Source of the DNA: an uncultured virus (IMG/VR IMGVR_UViG_3300027754_000072)
Taxonomy: Duplodnaviria > Heunggongvirae > Uroviricota > Caudoviricetes
Length of the DNA: 20,000 bases
Direction: 5' to 3' (one strand)
Virus record (IMG/VR): IMGVR_UViG_3300027754_000072
This document shows, piece by piece, positions 17,002 to 20,000 of this stretch (the first letter of the stretch is position 1; each line of letters begins with the position of its first letter). Under the pieces are notes generated by a model, which worked only from the letters and a program-made list of their open reading frames with translations, was not told where the DNA came from and made no database searches. A program made the translations under genes and the position numbers.

Positions 17002-17145
17002 ATGAAAATAGTAAAAACAAAAAAGTCAGATTCACTATTTAAACATAAACCAGATAAAATTATATTTTATACTGATTTAAAACCTAGAATTCCATTGGTT
17101 TTTTTTAATAGAAAAAATAATAATGATAAAAAAAATTCTAATTAA
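17002..17145 (+). CDS. Small basic hypothetical protein (47 aa; absent from the ORF track)
   Basis: MKIVKTKKSDSLFKHKPDKIIFYTDLKPRIPLVFFNRKNNNDKKNSN* fills the gap between two co-oriented genes; no clear SD. Confidence 0.4.
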   Translation: MKIVKTKKSDSLFKHKPDKIIFYTDLKPRIPLVFFNRKNNNDKKNSN

Positions 17146-17902
17146 TTTTGGCTTTATGTATTTGTTTTTATTTGTTTTAAATTTTTTACATGCTATAAAT
17201 ATTGACTTGCAAAATAAATGTTTGTTGCCATCAGTAAAACTACTTTCCTATGCTAAAAAAAGCATAGGAAGTGGTGTTATTATTAAATCATATCTTATGA
17301 AAGATAAAAGTTATTCAAATATTGTAATTTCTTGTAATCATGTTACTAAAAACAATAAAATTATTATAGAACTTACGAATATAAATAACAAAGTTGAATG
17401 TTATTACAGTACAGTTATATATGAAAATCAAATCAATGATATTTCTATAATTCAATTTAGAACAGATGAAAAACAAGCTGTAGCAGAAATTGATTTTAAA
17501 AATGATATTTTTATAGCTGATGATATAATTAGTGTTGGATATGGATTATCTAATTTGCCAAAATTAGGATATGGAAAGATAATTACTCAAAAACAAAACG
17601 ATAAGTTATTCAAAGGTACATTTTTTACTAATATACCTATGGTCATGGGAGACTCTGGTGGCCCAATATACAAAGATAATAAATTAATCGCTATATCTCA
17701 AGCAATTAGAGTTATAGAATGGAACGAAACTATATTACCATTTCCTAACATATCTGTAATAATACCAATTAATAAATTAATAGAGATAAATAAAGAAGAA
17801 TCTGGCAAACTAAGGTTTATTATAGAAGAAAAAAGTAGCCCGCCAATGTTTCCTCATTTATTTTTACAAATGCAAGAATTTGATAAGATTTTAATTAAAT
17901 AA
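17123..17902 (+). CDS. Trypsin-like (S1) serine protease with N-terminal signal/TM segment
   Basis: GSGVII, SCNHV (His), DISII (Asp), GDSGGP (Ser); hydrophobic N-terminus; no PDZ domain. Confidence 0.9.
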   Translation: MIKKILINFGFMYLFLFVLNFLHAINIDLQNKCLLPSVKLLSYAKKSIGSGVIIKSYLMKDKSYSNIVISCNHVTKNNKIIIELTNINNKVECYYSTVIYENQINDISIIQFRTDEKQAVAEIDFKNDIFIADDIISVGYGLSNLPKLGYGKIITQKQNDKLFKGTFFTNIPMVMGDSGGPIYKDNKLIAISQAIRVIEWNETILPFPNISVIIPINKLIEINKEESGKLRFIIEEKSSPPMFPHLFLQMQEFDKILIK

Positions 17903-17935
17903 AACTATAATAATTAATATTATGGAGTTTAAAAT

Positions 17936-18151
17936 TTGATACAAAAAGATTGCTTTTTTTACATAGATACATCTTTAGATAAAGACAAACAAAAAATACA
18001 ATCTATTTGCGTTGAATGTTATAATAAAAATTTCAAGGAAAAAAATTGTTGGTTTTGGAATGGTAAGAATTTAGGATATGGGCCTTGGGATATAAACTGT
18101 GATATTTGCAATTGTTTTATAAATGAAATTTACAGGAGTAAAATTGATTAA
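17936..18151 (+). CDS. Small Zn-ribbon-like protein
   Basis: CVEC...WFW.G...GYGPW...CDIC; TTG start with GGAG SD and an upstream TATAAT. Confidence 0.7.
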   Translation: MIQKDCFFYIDTSLDKDKQKIQSICVECYNKNFKEKNCWFWNGKNLGYGPWDINCDICNCFINEIYRSKID

Positions 18152-18791
18152 AGATTTGTACAATGTAAAATCAAAAGAAATAAAAATACCAAGCGAAGTT
18201 TTAGATAAAATATTTAAATCATTAGAAGCAGATTTTTTTGTTGAAATTAATGTTAAAAAAACTAGCATTATTAAATATTTAAATAAAAAAAACAATAACT
18301 TAATTCATTTTTTAAAACCAGAAGATGCTGAAATATTTAGAGAAATTAGGGATAATTTAAAAGAATTTATCAATGAAGTAAAAAGTTTAAAAATAGACAA
18401 GAAAAAGATTGATGAATTAAGTGATAGAGAAGCTTTGATTTTTAATTTTATAAAAACTAGTCAAGATAACGATAATATATCTATTAAGAAATTTAAAAGT
18501 GATGCTGAAGTCTTGTCTAAAGATTTAAAAGATTTTTTTATATCAAATAAAAAATCATTAGATATTGTAAAAGGCTTTAATGAACCAACCAATGTAATTT
18601 TAATTCACTTGAATTCATTAAGCTATCAATCATTTTTTAAAATTCATGGAAATTTTTTAATGTTTAATAAAGCAAAAATATTATTAATCGGAGATGATAT
18701 TTCTGCTAATATAAATTTCTTTAAAAAATATGAATTTAAACCATTGTATAAAAATCTTACTAAGAATACTATTTGGTCTAAAAATGTTTAA
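18123..18791 (+). CDS. Hypothetical protein
   Basis: 222 aa ORF overlapping the upstream gene. Confidence 0.65.
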   Translation: MKFTGVKLIKDLYNVKSKEIKIPSEVLDKIFKSLEADFFVEINVKKTSIIKYLNKKNNNLIHFLKPEDAEIFREIRDNLKEFINEVKSLKIDKKKIDELSDREALIFNFIKTSQDNDNISIKKFKSDAEVLSKDLKDFFISNKKSLDIVKGFNEPTNVILIHLNSLSYQSFFKIHGNFLMFNKAKILLIGDDISANINFFKKYEFKPLYKNLTKNTIWSKNV

Positions 18792-19099
18792 ATATAACCT
18801 AATTTTTCAGCTGCCATTACTTCTGGTGCTGTAACATATCTGCCAACCATTTCAGATACACATTTTAAAAAATGCTTTGCTATATCTTCTTTAATTTGTT
18901 TCCCAAGGCCCATTCTATGTGCTTCGTAAAAAGCAGACATATCTATGGAATAATCAAGAATTATTCCATCAATCATAATTTGTTTTTCAAAGCTGCCATT
19001 TGGATGATGAATATATCCAACTTTAAAGCTTTTCTTTCCTTCTGGTATGTTCTGATTAACCAGAAGATTTAAATTTCTAATTGGCTCTTCTTTTTCCAT
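18788..19099 (-). CDS. Hypothetical protein
   Basis: 103 aa ORF with globular-like composition; TATAAT a few nt upstream of the ATG and no SD. Confidence 0.7.
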   Translation of the reverse strand: MEKEEPIRNLNLLVNQNIPEGKKSFKVGYIHHPNGSFEKQIMIDGIILDYSIDMSAFYEAHRMGLGKQIKEDIAKHFLKCVSEMVGRYVTAPEVMAAEKLGYI

Positions 19100-19125
19100 G
19101 TATTATTATAATAATGTGTATAAAT

Positions 19126-19755
19126 TTATTTTAATATTTTATATAATTTTACATCTTCAGAATAATAAGACTTGACTCTTTCAATGATATCTTCTGATAG
19201 TTTTGGCTTTTCAAACTTTCCTTCATTGACTTTTTCCATTGGCCAATTTAATTCTGCATCTTTGCATAATTTTTCTAAGTCATCAGGAAACAAATAAAGT
19301 TTAGTAATTGGTTTTATCAAATAAGATTGCGTAAGAAAATGAGTGTTTTTTCTTAAATTTATACTTGTTTTTTCCAATACAACATTTTCATCGTTCTCAA
19401 GTGCTTTAATTGCTTTTTCAGGAGCTATTTCAAGATAAGCTACTGTAGAAGCAAATCTAACTATTGGATCACGAACAGGCAATAAAACAACTGTATCTGG
19501 ATCTTTTGAATAAGGACAAATGTTTTGCCAAAAAGCTATTGAATCTAATTTTTCATTTTTTAACATTTTTTGAAAAGATTCTGGCAAACTATCTTTAAAA
19601 TTTTGTGAAAACCTTGACCAAATTCTTTCGTGATCATCTAAAGCTTTTTTTAATTCTTCAGGATAATACTGTTTTACAATAGCACACGCCAAAGTGGATG
19701 AACCAACTTTGGCGTTAAATGCAATATGACATTTAGGTAATTTAAAATATCTCAT
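19126..19755 (-). CDS. Sulfotransferase family protein (Sulfotransfer_2 / carbohydrate sulfotransferase-like)
   Basis: 5'-PSB-like NAKVGSSTL, 3'-PB VRDPIVRFAS, HFLTQ, and C-terminal YYSEDVKLY. Confidence 0.8.
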   Translation of the reverse strand: MRYFKLPKCHIAFNAKVGSSTLACAIVKQYYPEELKKALDDHERIWSRFSQNFKDSLPESFQKMLKNEKLDSIAFWQNICPYSKDPDTVVLLPVRDPIVRFASTVAYLEIAPEKAIKALENDENVVLEKTSINLRKNTHFLTQSYLIKPITKLYLFPDDLEKLCKDAELNWPMEKVNEGKFEKPKLSEDIIERVKSYYSEDVKLYKILK

Positions 19756-19786
19756 AAAATATATTAGTTAATTTATGAGATATTTT
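19744..19786. promoter_or_regulatory. Perfect 15-bp inverted repeat overlapping the sulfotransferase start codon
   Basis: AAAATATCTCATAAA (19744-19758), 13-nt spacer, TTTATGAGATATTTT (19772-19786). Confidence 0.75.
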
Positions 19787-19791
19787 TAAAA

Positions 19792-20000
19792 TTATACTGC
19801 TGGAGCAGGAGTTGTTGCTTCTGGAACAGGGGTTGTTGCTTCTGGAACAGGAGTTGTTGCTTCTGGAACAGGAGTTGTTGCTTCTGGAACAGGAGTTGTT
19901 GCTTCTGGAACAGGAGTTGTTGCTTCTGGAACAGGAGTTGTTGCTTCTGGAACAGGAGTTGTTGCTTCTGGAACAGGAGTTGTTGCTTCTGGAACAGGAG
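19792..20000 (-). CDS. C-terminal part of a protein ending in (PVPEATT)n-PAPAV*; start lies outside the window
   Basis: Open minus-strand frame ending in TAA at 19792-19794. The single repeat variant (position 19831) is a synonymous ACT/ACC change in this frame. Confidence 0.7.
   Translation of the reverse strand, partial: PVPEATTPVPEATTPVPEATTPVPEATTPVPEATTPVPEATTPVPEATTPVPEATTPVPEATTPAPAV
19807..20000. repeat. At least nine tandem 21-nt repeats AGGAGTTGTTGCTTCTGGAAC
   Basis: Directly visible; contiguous with no spacers; truncated by the window end. Confidence 0.95.

Noticed and set aside
3753..19072. Short antisense ORFs (3753, 4588, 5892, 10437, 11724, 12289, 13652, 14794, 15541, 16841, 18071, 18872)
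   Set aside because: Largely nested opposite better-supported genes, with composition typical of reverse-complement shadows.
19807..20000. 21-nt repeats as a CRISPR array or iterons
   Set aside because: The repeats are contiguous with no spacers, the unit is a multiple of 3, the only variant is synonymous, and no cas genes are present: a coding repeat.
1..20000. Stop-codon reassignment (TAG or TGA)
   Set aside because: Coding density is high under code 11. gp13 ends at TAG right after its conserved C-terminal block, Prim-Pol ends at TGA, and no genes appear fragmented.
1..20000. tRNA, rRNA, intron or IS element
   Set aside because: Intergenic gaps are short and AT-rich; no cloverleaf, transposase or homing endonuclease motifs were seen.
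1..20000. Eukaryotic or giant-virus (NCLDV) origin suggested by the low-complexity proteins
   Set aside because: SD sequences, TTG starts, intrinsic terminators and T4-type neck genes point to a bacteriophage.

Overview
Very AT-rich, gene-dense window with frequent strand switches. It is most consistent with a large T4-related (jumbo-type) tailed phage genome that uses the standard genetic code. Recognisable genes: T4-like neck proteins gp13 (8972-9874) and gp14 (15844-16377), three probable virion structural proteins, a stand-alone Prim-Pol with a C-terminal Zn finger, a Nudix hydrolase, a GT-A glycosyltransferase, a trypsin-like serine protease and a Sulfotransfer_2-type sulfotransferase. 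Most notable: (1) the glycosyltransferase carries motifs resembling polypeptide GalNAc/GlcNAc transferases (DSH, GE, GG..P..HxF) and lies near Pro/Thr mucin-like repeat proteins and a sulfotransferase, a candidate phage protein O-glycosylation/sulfation system; (2) six unrelated ORFs begin with T4-like capsid-targeting sequences; (3) a perfect 15-bp inverted repeat buries the sulfotransferase start codon; (4) an apparently catalytically dead phiEco32-type COOH-NH2 ligase; (5) a probable divergent second gp14 paralog. All family calls come from motifs recognised by eye; no searches were run.
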